Below, one piece after another: positions 18,647 to 27,304 of a DNA stretch of 55,396 bases. This stretch comes from Cytophagales bacterium (GTDB taxonomy: Bacteria; Bacteroidota; Bacteroidia; Cytophagales; UBA9547): assembly GCA_014376535.1 (NCBI GenBank), contig JACMRH010000340.1, positions 1 to 55,396 on the forward strand. Direction: 5' to 3'. Positions within the stretch are counted from its first letter, which is position 1; every line of letters starts with the position of its first letter. Position numbers and translations under genes: made by a program. The notes beneath the pieces are model-generated. The model was given only the letters and a program-made list of their open reading frames with translations, did no database searches and was not told the origin of the DNA.

Positions 18647-19423
18647 ATGACGGGTATTTGCATTTTCAATATTGTTCCAGTCAGGTCGGCCGACTCTGAT
18701 AAAAGTGAAATGGTAACGCAATTGCTGTTTGGTGACAGATATGAGATTGTTGAAGAGTCAGAAAGCAAAAAATGGATCTATATAAAAATTTCAGATGATG
18801 GATATGAAGGGTGGATAGATAAGAAGTTGCACATTGATATTGGGCCATTTTCTGAAAGCATTAAAAATAATTCTTCAAACCATTATTGTTCAGAAAGTGT
18901 TGGATATATAGAAAGCGAAGGAATATCAAGAATAATATTTTTTGGTAGCTACCTGCCTACTTTTGATGGACAATACGTATATATAGGTAATAGAAAATTT
19001 GCATATAAAGGAAAATATAAAAAAACAGAAAAATCATTGACTACAGAAGCTATAATACAAAACGCAAATCTTTTCCTGGAAACTCCCTATTTATGGGGAG
19101 GGAAAACGCATGCAGGTATAGATTGTTCTGGTTTAGTACAAATGGTTTTCCGAAGTTGTGGCCATAAGTTATTGCGTGATGCCTGGCAGCAAGCCAGTAT
19201 GGGATTATGTGTGGAAAATTTAGATAAGGCCAAATCGGGAGATTTGGCCTTTTTTTCTAATGATGCCGGTAGAGTAACTCATGTAGGGATTTTATTAGAT
19301 AACAAAAATATTATTCACGCACATGGGAAAGTAAGAGTAGATAAGATTGACAACAAGGGCATAATTAACAGTGATTCAGGACTTTATTCGCACAAATTAG
19401 ATGGTATAAGAAGTATTATTTGA
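18647..19423 (+). CDS. C40 (NlpC/P60) family peptidoglycan peptidase with an N-terminal SH3-like domain
   Basis: YLWGGKTHAGIDCSGLVQ (catalytic Cys) followed by a VTHVGI histidine region. Confidence 0.8.
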   Translation: MTGICIFNIVPVRSADSDKSEMVTQLLFGDRYEIVEESESKKWIYIKISDDGYEGWIDKKLHIDIGPFSESIKNNSSNHYCSESVGYIESEGISRIIFFGSYLPTFDGQYVYIGNRKFAYKGKYKKTEKSLTTEAIIQNANLFLETPYLWGGKTHAGIDCSGLVQMVFRSCGHKLLRDAWQQASMGLCVENLDKAKSGDLAFFSNDAGRVTHVGILLDNKNIIHAHGKVRVDKIDNKGIINSDSGLYSHKLDGIRSII

Positions 19424-19447
19424 CAGGCTCTCAATTAACATTGCCGT

Positions 19448-19951
19448 ATGAACAACAAGACATTAGTATTGAACCAGGATTACAGGGCATTGACAATTTG
19501 CCCTTCGACCCGCGCCTTTCTTTTGGTTTACATGAAAAAGGCAGAAATGATCACAGATGTGAAAAATTCCTATTATCATACTGTTTCTTCTCATTTCCCA
19601 ATTCCAAGTGTAATTCGTTTAAGGGATTATGTTCCCATTCCATACAAAGGCGTTATGCTGAGCCGTCAAAACATTTTCAGAAGAGATAATCACAAATGCC
19701 AATACTGTGGTGTATCCAACGATCTGACACTGGACCACGTACTGCCTAAAAGCAGGAAAGGTGGATCAAGTTGGGATAATTTGGTCACAGCCTGTAAATC
19801 ATGCAATGCCAGAAAGGGAGACCTTACGCCTGAAGAAGCTAAAATGCCTTTGCGACAAAGACCTTTTAAACCTTCTTTTATCATGTTCCTGAGAGATTTT
19901 TCAGGGCCTATTAATAAAGAGTGGATTGAATATCTGGTCAAGAAAAATTAA
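19448..19951 (+). CDS. HNH endonuclease family protein
   Basis: CQYCG...LTLDHVLPKSRKGGSSWDNLVTACKSCNARKG (HNH/zinc-finger core). Confidence 0.8.
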   Translation: MNNKTLVLNQDYRALTICPSTRAFLLVYMKKAEMITDVKNSYYHTVSSHFPIPSVIRLRDYVPIPYKGVMLSRQNIFRRDNHKCQYCGVSNDLTLDHVLPKSRKGGSSWDNLVTACKSCNARKGDLTPEEAKMPLRQRPFKPSFIMFLRDFSGPINKEWIEYLVKKN

Positions 19952-20010
19952 TCTGATTATCATTGAATTGAGCCATCTATTGGCGATATTTGTACTCATT
20001 CTAAATAGTT

Positions 20011-20262
20011 ATGGAATTATTTGACCGCGTAGAAAAAGCAATTGACACAGTTCGTCCTTACCTTCAGGCAGATGGCGGAGATGTGAAAATTGTGGAAATA
20101 ACTGCTGATAATATTGTTAGGCTAGAACTTACCGGTACTTGCAGTAACTGTTCTATGTCTACCATGACCATGAAAGCAGGCATTGAAGAAGCTGTGAAAA
20201 GAGCTGTACCTGAAATAGTATCTGTAGAAGCAGTAAACGGTTTGGTATCCGTTTCCCGTTAA
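20011..20262 (+). CDS. NifU-like (Nfu) Fe-S cluster scaffold domain protein
   Basis: RPYLQADGGDV...L.GTCSNCSMSTMTMKAGIE (Nfu C-terminal CxxC motif). Confidence 0.8.
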   Translation: MELFDRVEKAIDTVRPYLQADGGDVKIVEITADNIVRLELTGTCSNCSMSTMTMKAGIEEAVKRAVPEIVSVEAVNGLVSVSR

Positions 20263-20314
20263 TTTTTTTATTTGATCCAAAAAGGATCTTCCTAATTCTT
20301 TATAAAACAAAAAT

Positions 20315-21199
20315 ATGTTGCAATCAATGACAGGTTTTGGCAGGGCCAAGATCGAAATGGATGACTATAATTTTCACGTTGAGGTAAAATCTCTTAATTC
20401 AAAATCAGCTGATATTTCGATAAGATTACCACGTCGATTTTCAGATAAAGAACTGGAAATCAGGAACAAGCTCAGTCATATTTTAGACAGAGGAAAAATC
20501 AACCTGAGTGTAGATTTTGAATTGAACCATAAGCAGGTTGAATTAAAAAGCAAAGTGAACCATGAAATTGCCATTGCTTATTTCCAGGATTTAAGACAAT
20601 TGGCAAAACATACTGGAAACGTTGATGACTCAACATTATTTTCTCAAGCCCTTAGAATGCAGGGAGTTATTCAGGAAACCCAGGAAGCGGATGTTACTGA
20701 GGACGAATCTAAAATAATGATGGTTTGTGTAGACCAGGCAATTGAGGAATGCAAGAAATTCAGAGCAGATGAAGGAAAGGTATTACATCACACACTAAAA
20801 GAATATATTCAACACATTGCAGCATTGTTGGAAAAGGTAAAAATCCAGGATCCTTTCAGGATTGATGCGTTAAAGTCCAGGATTACAATGCACATGCAAG
20901 AACTAATTTCAAATGACGCTTTTGATAAAAACAGGTTTGAACACGAAATGATTTTTTACATTGAAAAGCTGGATATTTCAGAAGAGAAAGTCCGCTTATC
21001 AAGCCACCTTGATTATTTTATTGAAACTATGGAGAAAGAAGAGACTCCTGGCAGAAAACTGGGTTTTATAGGCCAGGAAATTGGCAGAGAAATAAACACA
21101 ATTGGATCAAAAGCTAATGATGTAGTGATCCAAAAACTGGTGGTAGAAATGAAAGATTACCTGGAGAAAATAAAGGAACAAAGTTTAAATATTCTATAA
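20315..21199 (+). CDS. yicC: YicC/YloC family protein
   Basis: N-terminal MLQSMTGFGRA and C-terminal GQEIGREINTIGSKAND signature. Confidence 0.85.
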   Translation: MLQSMTGFGRAKIEMDDYNFHVEVKSLNSKSADISIRLPRRFSDKELEIRNKLSHILDRGKINLSVDFELNHKQVELKSKVNHEIAIAYFQDLRQLAKHTGNVDDSTLFSQALRMQGVIQETQEADVTEDESKIMMVCVDQAIEECKKFRADEGKVLHHTLKEYIQHIAALLEKVKIQDPFRIDALKSRITMHMQELISNDAFDKNRFEHEMIFYIEKLDISEEKVRLSSHLDYFIETMEKEETPGRKLGFIGQEIGREINTIGSKANDVVIQKLVVEMKDYLEKIKEQSLNIL

Positions 21200-21211
21200 G
21201 GTTTAAGGCTG

Positions 21212-21267
21212 ATGGGTAATAGATTTTGGCTGCATAATGCTTAAGCCATTACCTATTACCCATTACC
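21212..21267. repeat. heptad repeat (CATTACC TATTACC CATTACC) with an 11-bp inverted partner; a hairpin between convergent genes
   Basis: ATGGGTAATAG (21212-21222) is the exact reverse complement of CTATTACCCAT (21253-21263). The 7-mers at 21247-21267 read GGTAATG on the minus strand, just after the lipoprotein stop. Confidence 0.7.
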
Positions 21268-21274
21268 CAAGATC

Positions 21275-21496
21275 CTAATATTGGCTTTGTTTGCCTTCGA
21301 AACCGTCTTTTGCTTTTGATTGTTCTTTAACGTCCTGCGCCATACTGTCAACGCCGACTTTAGTGTATTCTTTCACATCAGCATTTGCATCTTTAGCATC
21401 CATTTTAGCATTTTCCAATTCAGTACTAGACTGTTCTTTTTTCTGACAAGAAACAAAAAGCCCGGATATTAGTAAAGCTGTCAAAATCTTTTTCAT
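21275..21496 (-). CDS. small putative lipoprotein (73 aa)
   Basis: Signal peptide with lipobox (LFVSC) and a charged K/D/E-rich mature part. Confidence 0.55.
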   Translation of the reverse strand: MKKILTALLISGLFVSCQKKEQSSTELENAKMDAKDANADVKEYTKVGVDSMAQDVKEQSKAKDGFEGKQSQY

Positions 21497-21601
21497 ACAT
21501 ATTTATGTTTAGTAACTAGGTACTGAAAAAATCATGCCTTTATTCATTGTATATTATTGACTATCAATTAAGATTATTCGTACTTTGTAAAAAAGGGATA
21601 T

Positions 21602-22459
21602 ATGGAAGCTGAACGTAAAGACAACATTGTTGCAGGGGCAGCAACAATCACTGTTCATGGACTATTGCTTCTTCTTTTACTTTTTAGTTTGCTTAAAACT
21701 CCAAACCCCCCATTGGAAGGTGGCTCTGGCGTTGTTCTAAACCTTGGTTTTGTTGATGAAGGATCAGGTGAAGTTCAGACAATGAATGAGGCCAATGATA
21801 GCCCTTTAAAACAAGAAGCGAAACCTCAGGAAGTAGCTGAAAAATCTACAGAACAAGAAGAAAAACCCCAGCAGCCAGAAGATGCTAAAGAAAACTGGGT
21901 AGCAGGAGAGGAAGAAACTGGCGTAACTGCCAAAACTGAAGAGAAGCAGGAAGAAAAGAAGGAAGTAACTGCAAAAAAAAATGTTGCTGAAGTTGAACAG
22001 AAAACAACCATAATAACAAACGAGGAAAAAAAAGCAACTTCAGGGAAAACTGGAACAGAAACCGAAGGCGGAAATAATAACGGAGACAAACTAGGTAAAG
22101 TAGGCGATCAGGGAAATCCTCAGGGAGAATTAAATGCAAAGGCGCTTTACGGAAATCCGGGAACGGGTGGGGAGGGCAAAGGTGGCAGTGGTGGTTCTTC
22201 ATTGGACATGGCTGGCTGGAAAATGGATTTTAAATTAAAAACTGATGAATCTGCTGAAAACGGGAGATTAAAGTTTAAGATTGTTGTAGATGGTGAAGGC
22301 GAGGTAATAAAAATTGAAACATTGGAAAAATCGGTAAGTACCAATGTTGAAAACTATTACAAGAAGCAAATAGAGAATGGTAGTTTTATAAAAGATAAGA
22401 ATGCTAAAACTGCAGTAAATTCTACTGGATTATTAACCATTATTATCAGGTCCAACTAA
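21602..22459 (+). CDS. TonB-like energy transducer
   Basis: N-terminal TM helix (VHGLLLLLLLF), PPLEGGSG...GSG segment, E/K/P-rich spacer and a C-terminal beta-rich domain. The architecture is typical of Bacteroidota TonB proteins, but no adjacent exbBD is present. Confidence 0.55.
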   Translation: MEAERKDNIVAGAATITVHGLLLLLLLFSLLKTPNPPLEGGSGVVLNLGFVDEGSGEVQTMNEANDSPLKQEAKPQEVAEKSTEQEEKPQQPEDAKENWVAGEEETGVTAKTEEKQEEKKEVTAKKNVAEVEQKTTIITNEEKKATSGKTGTETEGGNNNGDKLGKVGDQGNPQGELNAKALYGNPGTGGEGKGGSGGSSLDMAGWKMDFKLKTDESAENGRLKFKIVVDGEGEVIKIETLEKSVSTNVENYYKKQIENGSFIKDKNAKTAVNSTGLLTIIIRSN

Positions 22460-22477
22460 AAGTAAAGCTTCGTACCA

Positions 22478-23764
22478 ATGACTTTTCAGGAAACTTTAGA
22501 TTTCCTTTACAAACAGCTGCCTGTATTTCACAGAGAAGGTGCCTCAGCTTACAAAAAAGACCTTACCAGGACCCTTCAACTATTGGAATTTTTAGGTAAC
22601 CCTCACCATCATTTCAAAAGCATACATGTTGCCGGTACGAATGGCAAAGGGAGTTCTTCTCATTTTTTAGCATCCATTCTTCAGGAAGCTGGTTACAAAA
22701 CCGGTCTTTACACCTCGCCACACATTAAGCATTTTGGAGAAAGAATAAAAATCAACGGTTCTTTTATTAACGAACAGTTTGTAATTGATTTTGTGAAAAG
22801 GATTTCTCCGCTACTGGAAGAAATAGAACCCTCGTTTTTTGAACTGACTGTAGCTATGGCATTTCAGTATTTTGCTGAGAACAAGGTTGATATTGTCGTT
22901 GTAGAAACAGGTTTGGGAGGAAGGCTTGATTCAACCAATGTCATTGCCCCATTGGCTTGCCTGATTACAAATATAAGCTACGATCATGCAGATCTTCTTG
23001 GAAATACGTTGGGAGAGATTGCTCGTGAAAAGGCAGGAATAATCAAAAAAAATATCACCGTAGTTATTAGTGAAAGACAAAAAGAAATAGAAAATGTCTT
23101 TATTGAAACTGCAAAAGGATTAAATTCTAAAATATCCTTCGCATCAGACAACATTATTGTTTCTAAGGAAGGTTATTCAAAAGATAAAATGCTGGTCAAA
23201 GTAATTGATGCAGAAAGGATTTACGAATTAGAAAGTGGGTTGACAGGCGAGTATCAGTTAAAAAATATAGCTGGTGTTTTGAACGTGATTACAATCCTTC
23301 AGAACCAAGGTTTCATTATTACTGAAGAGAATGTTGAAAGAGGTATTTCAAACATTACAACAAACACAGGTTTAAAAGGTCGTTGGCAGAAAATTTCTGA
23401 TAATCCATTGATCATCTGTGATATTGCGCATAATGAGGCTGGAATTGCTGAAGTGATTAATTCAATATATGAATTAAAAATATCCCCAATCCACATTGTT
23501 ATAGGGATGGTTAAGGACAAAGACATTGACAAAGTCCTGGCAATTTTGCCTAACCATGCTTATTATTATTTTACACAAGCACATACTCCAAGGGCGCTTT
23601 CTTCGGAGGATTTGAGAATTAAAGCTTTAGGTTATAATTTAAAAGGGGAAGTGTTTGAAAATGTAAATGAGGCTTTAGAAAATGCCAAGTTAAAGGGTAC
23701 TTCTAATGATTTAATTATTGTTTGTGGTAGTACTTTTTTGATTGCGGAGGTTGATGGAATTTAA
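22478..23764 (+). CDS. folC: bifunctional folylpolyglutamate synthase/dihydrofolate synthase
   Basis: HVAGTNGKGSS P-loop, ETGLGGRLDSTN, DIAHNEAG. Confidence 0.9.
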   Translation: MTFQETLDFLYKQLPVFHREGASAYKKDLTRTLQLLEFLGNPHHHFKSIHVAGTNGKGSSSHFLASILQEAGYKTGLYTSPHIKHFGERIKINGSFINEQFVIDFVKRISPLLEEIEPSFFELTVAMAFQYFAENKVDIVVVETGLGGRLDSTNVIAPLACLITNISYDHADLLGNTLGEIAREKAGIIKKNITVVISERQKEIENVFIETAKGLNSKISFASDNIIVSKEGYSKDKMLVKVIDAERIYELESGLTGEYQLKNIAGVLNVITILQNQGFIITEENVERGISNITTNTGLKGRWQKISDNPLIICDIAHNEAGIAEVINSIYELKISPIHIVIGMVKDKDIDKVLAILPNHAYYYFTQAHTPRALSSEDLRIKALGYNLKGEVFENVNEALENAKLKGTSNDLIIVCGSTFLIAEVDGI

Positions 23765-23798
23765 TAGAGATGGAAAACTGGCTCTAAGGGAAATAAAA

Positions 23799-23826
23799 TT
23801 GGCAGGATATTTTTTGAGTATATTTG
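23799..23826 (+). promoter_or_regulatory. promoter of the hicB/hicA pair (-33 TTG, -7 TATATTTG)
   Basis: TTG at 23799-23801 and an exact TAnnTTTG at 23819-23826 with a 17-nt spacer; the ATG lies about 20 nt downstream. Confidence 0.45.
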
Positions 23827-23846
23827 TTAAACAAACGTAAATAGAT

Positions 23847-24074
23847 ATGCAACTCACCTATAAACTTATGTTACATAGGGCACCAGAAGGTGGTTTCACA
23901 GTAATTGTTCCTGCATTACCTGGATGTGTTACTGAAGGGGACTCACTTGATGACGCTATTGCGATGGCTAAAGAAGCAATAGAAATTTATATTGAAGAGT
24001 TGCAGAGCAGAGGTGAGGATATTCCTGATGATAGCAATACTTTAGAATATTCCCTTAGCCTTGCTACTGCTTGA
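23847..24074 (+). CDS. hicB: type II antitoxin, HicB family
   Basis: EGGFTVIVPALPGCVTEGDSLDDAIAMAKEAIE (HicB/UPF0150 fold signature). The stop overlaps the downstream hicA start. Confidence 0.8.
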   Translation: MQLTYKLMLHRAPEGGFTVIVPALPGCVTEGDSLDDAIAMAKEAIEIYIEELQSRGEDIPDDSNTLEYSLSLATA

Positions 24075-24274
24075 ATCTATCAGCAAAGTACCTTATTAAA
24101 TTAATTGAGCTTCATGGATTTGTTTTTAAAAGGGCAAAATGTTCACACCATGTTTATTTTAATCCAACTTTAAATGTAACATTGATTGTGCCTGTTCATG
24201 GAAATAAAGATCTTAAAAAGGGCACATTTTTAGGGATACTAAAACAAGCTGGAATTGATAAAAGTGAATTGTAA
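24071..24274 (+). CDS. hicA: type II toxin, HicA family mRNA interferase
   Basis: LIKLIELHGFVFKRAKCSHHVY...VPVHGNKDLKKGTFLGILKQAGI (YcfA/HicA). The TTG start overlaps the hicB stop by 4 nt. Confidence 0.75.
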   Translation: MNLSAKYLIKLIELHGFVFKRAKCSHHVYFNPTLNVTLIVPVHGNKDLKKGTFLGILKQAGIDKSEL

Positions 24275-24295
24275 TTGGTTCTATGACTTTAAAGT

Positions 24296-26311
24296 TTAAA
24301 TTAATAATCTTAAAGCTTGAGCCACACTTAAAACCGGCAACTGACAAGTTTTATCCTTACAAATATAAATTGCTGTTTGACCATTAATTGTTCCGCGATC
24401 TTCTAGCAATTCAAGTTCGCTGTTGGTGTTAGTTCCTACGAATACCTTATTCAAAATGTGTTGGTTATCTAAGGCTTTCCTAAACTGTTGAAATTCATTT
24501 CCACAAATGGCAATTTCAAAAACAGGTTTGTGTACCAGCATAGAAACTGAAGCCCAGTTAGCCAGGTAGTATGGTTCTTTAGCAAGCAAACTCTGAACCA
24601 TTGCCACCATTTTGTTTCCTGTTTCTACATATTTCTCATTTGAAAGAATATGTCCTAGAACAATAAGGTTCTGGGCCATCATGGAATTTGAAGATGGAAT
24701 TACGTTATCGAAAATCTCCTTTTTTCTGGCTATCAGTTTTTCGGATTCAGCGGAAGTGAAAAAGAACAGATTCTCTTTTTCATCCCAGAAATTGGTCAAA
24801 CAGGTTTCAATTAATTCATTGGAAAGCTTTAGCCATTTTTCATCAAATACAGCCTGATAAAGATTTGTGAAAGCCATAATAATGGAAGCATAATCTTCAA
24901 GGAAGCCGTCGAGTTTGGCAACTCCATTTTTGTAAGAATGTTTTAACAAGCCTTTATGGTGAAGCTTCGTTTCAATGAACGAGGCATTTTTTATTGCCAA
25001 ATTCAAAAATCTTTCTTCATCAAAAACGCGATATGCGTCAATTAACCCATTCAGCATTAAGCCATTCCAGGAAGTAAGAATTTTATCATCAAGTCCTGGC
25101 CTTATTCTGTTTTCTCGTTCTTTTAGCAATAACTCCTTCCAGGTTTTTTCCCAGAGAAGAAATGTTTGATGATCAATTTGAAATTTTTCACAGAATTCTA
25201 TGCTTGTATAGTCTCTGTATGGAATATTGGTTTCAAATTCCCAGGTTCCATGTGGTTGAATGTTGTAGTATTTCAGGAACCATTCTTTCTGCGGGATATC
25301 CAGGTTTTCGATTTCTGGGTATTTCCAAACGTAAAATTTCCCTTCTTCACCTTCACTGTCGGCATCTAAAGCAGAATAAAATCCAGATTCCTGAGAAGTT
25401 AATTCACGTGCTAAAAATTCAATTGTCTGATAAACAATATCTTTATAAAGCTGTTCGCCAGTTAGCTGATAAGCTTCTGAATATAAACTGACCAACTGCC
25501 CATTGTCATAAAGCATTTTTTCAAAATGTGGTGCAAACCATTCTATATCTGTAGAATAACGGGCAAATCCGCCTCCTATTTGATCGTAAATCCCGCCAAG
25601 TGCCATCTTTTTTAAAGTAAGATGGAGATGGGATAAGGCCACTTTGTTTCCAGTTAATGCATGATAACGCAATAGAAACATCCAAACACAAGGCATCGGA
25701 AATTTGGGAGCTTTGTTGTTTCCGCCTAAATTATAATCGAAGGACTTAGCCAAATGTTCAAACATTTGATCATAATGCTGATCATCTAATTTCTCGCTAT
25801 CAATAGATAATCCATATTTTTCGAGTTCGGACCGGTTCAGAGACAATCCGAAACCTTCTGCTGATTCTTCTATTTTGTCCCTGTTTTCTTTAAAGGCCAC
25901 ATCAATATTAAATAGCAATTCGATCCAGCGGGATTTTGGGAAATAAGTGCCACCATAAAATGGTTTTCCTGCTGGGGTCAAAACCACGTTTAAAGGCCAA
26001 CCTCCTTGCAATCCCATTGCATGAACGGCATCCATATAAATCTGGTCGATGTCAGGTCGCTCTTCCCTGTCAACTTTAATGCAGATAAATGATTTATTCA
26101 TTTGTTCTGCAACATTTTCATCTTCAAAACTTTCCCGTTCCATTACATGGCACCAGTGGCAAGCTGAATATCCGATACTTAAAATTATGGGCTTATCTTC
26201 CTGTTTGGCTTTTGCTAATGCTTCTTCACCCCATGGATACCAATCAACCGGATTATGGGCGTGCTGTAATAAATAGGGGCTGGTTTCTGAAATAAGCTTA
26301 TTATTACTCAT
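24296..26311 (-). CDS. thioredoxin-domain protein (DUF255/YyaL family with a six-hairpin glycosidase-like C-terminal part)
   Basis: [22 protein letters not shown]...[18 protein letters not shown]. Confidence 0.85.
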   Translation of the reverse strand: MSNNKLISETSPYLLQHAHNPVDWYPWGEEALAKAKQEDKPIILSIGYSACHWCHVMERESFEDENVAEQMNKSFICIKVDREERPDIDQIYMDAVHAMGLQGGWPLNVVLTPAGKPFYGGTYFPKSRWIELLFNIDVAFKENRDKIEESAEGFGLSLNRSELEKYGLSIDSEKLDDQHYDQMFEHLAKSFDYNLGGNNKAPKFPMPCVWMFLLRYHALTGNKVALSHLHLTLKKMALGGIYDQIGGGFARYSTDIEWFAPHFEKMLYDNGQLVSLYSEAYQLTGEQLYKDIVYQTIEFLARELTSQESGFYSALDADSEGEEGKFYVWKYPEIENLDIPQKEWFLKYYNIQPHGTWEFETNIPYRDYTSIEFCEKFQIDHQTFLLWEKTWKELLLKERENRIRPGLDDKILTSWNGLMLNGLIDAYRVFDEERFLNLAIKNASFIETKLHHKGLLKHSYKNGVAKLDGFLEDYASIIMAFTNLYQAVFDEKWLKLSNELIETCLTNFWDEKENLFFFTSAESEKLIARKKEIFDNVIPSSNSMMAQNLIVLGHILSNEKYVETGNKMVAMVQSLLAKEPYYLANWASVSMLVHKPVFEIAICGNEFQQFRKALDNQHILNKVFVGTNTNSELELLEDRGTINGQTAIYICKDKTCQLPVLSVAQALRLLI

Positions 26312-26536
26312 GTAAATATTAATGTTTTTTAAGGTCTAAATATTTTTTTCAAAAAAGTTTCAAAACGCGGCAACCTTTTATCGATAAAGTCCATCTTAGT
26401 AGAGAACCAAATAAAAATAAAGTTTTTTTGTAACATTTAAATAGCTCCACAGTCTTATAAATAATAGAATTTAACAACTACCAAACAACAACAGCGACTA
26501 AACAAACTACAAAGAAAAAGTTGAAAAAAAGATTAG

Positions 26537-26567
26537 AAAAGGCACCTGAACTTCGGGTGCCTTTTTT
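26537..26567. terminator. intrinsic terminator hairpin flanked by A and T runs
   Basis: AAAA, GGCACCT, loop GAACTTC, GGGTGCC, TTTTTT. It lies 21 nt downstream of the minus-strand gene ending at 26588, but the T-run is better on the plus strand. Confidence 0.7.
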
Positions 26568-26587
26568 ATTCAGGATATTTTAAGATT

Positions 26588-27262
26588 TTAATGAAGTTGA
26601 GGATCAGCTTTTGAAAGTTTGTATGTTTTTGGAACTGTAAAGAATGTGGCAGGTATTACCTTCTTCTCTTTGCCTATGCTTTGAATAATCAGGTTGAATT
26701 CCTTCCCATAAAATTCAATTTTCATGGGCAAGCCTTCAATGCCTGCAACGCTTATTTCTGTCATGCTTTCAAGGAAATATCCCATGATTTTGGAGGAAGG
26801 ATTATTAATTGACTTGGCACACCATAAAGCGGTTTCTGTGTGTTCAGTAGTATCTTTTATAACATATTTAGTGCAGGGAATTCCAGAAAAACTTTTAATT
26901 GAATCGGTTTTAACAGCCTTTAATTGTTTTCCTGATTTATGGTCTAAAGATTCAATAGAGGTTTTGGTAAAAGTTTTAGTAGTTGGAAATATAGAATAAA
27001 TAACCTTATCTGAAGTTTTATAAAGAATATCTCCCAAAATGCCTTCAGTCATACCGCCCAAAAACTGTAACATTGATGATGGTCCCTTTAAAAAAAGCTT
27101 CATTTCATTGGGTATCATGTTTTTGTATATTTCAAGATCAGTCCTGTTAGGTTCCACAACTTCATATTGAATTTTGTAAGTGATAAGACCTTCAAATGGT
27201 TGCGCATCGACCAAAGAGGTAATGAATATAGAAGCGGTTATTAAAAGACCATGTATTTTCAT
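26588..27262 (-). CDS. hypothetical exported protein (signal peptide)
   Basis: N-terminal signal sequence (ITASIFITSLVDAQ), no TM segments and beta-rich composition. Possibly DUF4412-like, but I cannot confirm this. Confidence 0.55.
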   Translation of the reverse strand: MKIHGLLITASIFITSLVDAQPFEGLITYKIQYEVVEPNRTDLEIYKNMIPNEMKLFLKGPSSMLQFLGGMTEGILGDILYKTSDKVIYSIFPTTKTFTKTSIESLDHKSGKQLKAVKTDSIKSFSGIPCTKYVIKDTTEHTETALWCAKSINNPSSKIMGYFLESMTEISVAGIEGLPMKIEFYGKEFNLIIQSIGKEKKVIPATFFTVPKTYKLSKADPQLH

Positions 27263-27304
27263 AATTTATAATAAAAAGGGTTCTTTAAAACAATTTTGCC
27301 ATCA

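Noticed and set aside
19420-19689. 89-aa ORF overlapping the 5' half of the HNH endonuclease gene.
   Set aside because: It is out of frame with a gene that has a clear HNH core and a proper ATG at 19448, and it shows no coding-like features of its own.
19448-19951. The HNH endonuclease as a homing, mobile or defence element.
   Set aside because: It is a stand-alone 167-aa protein in a housekeeping context (NlpC/P60, Nfu, YicC). It has no methylase, intein, intron, integrase or partner genes, and local composition looks the same as the neighbours.
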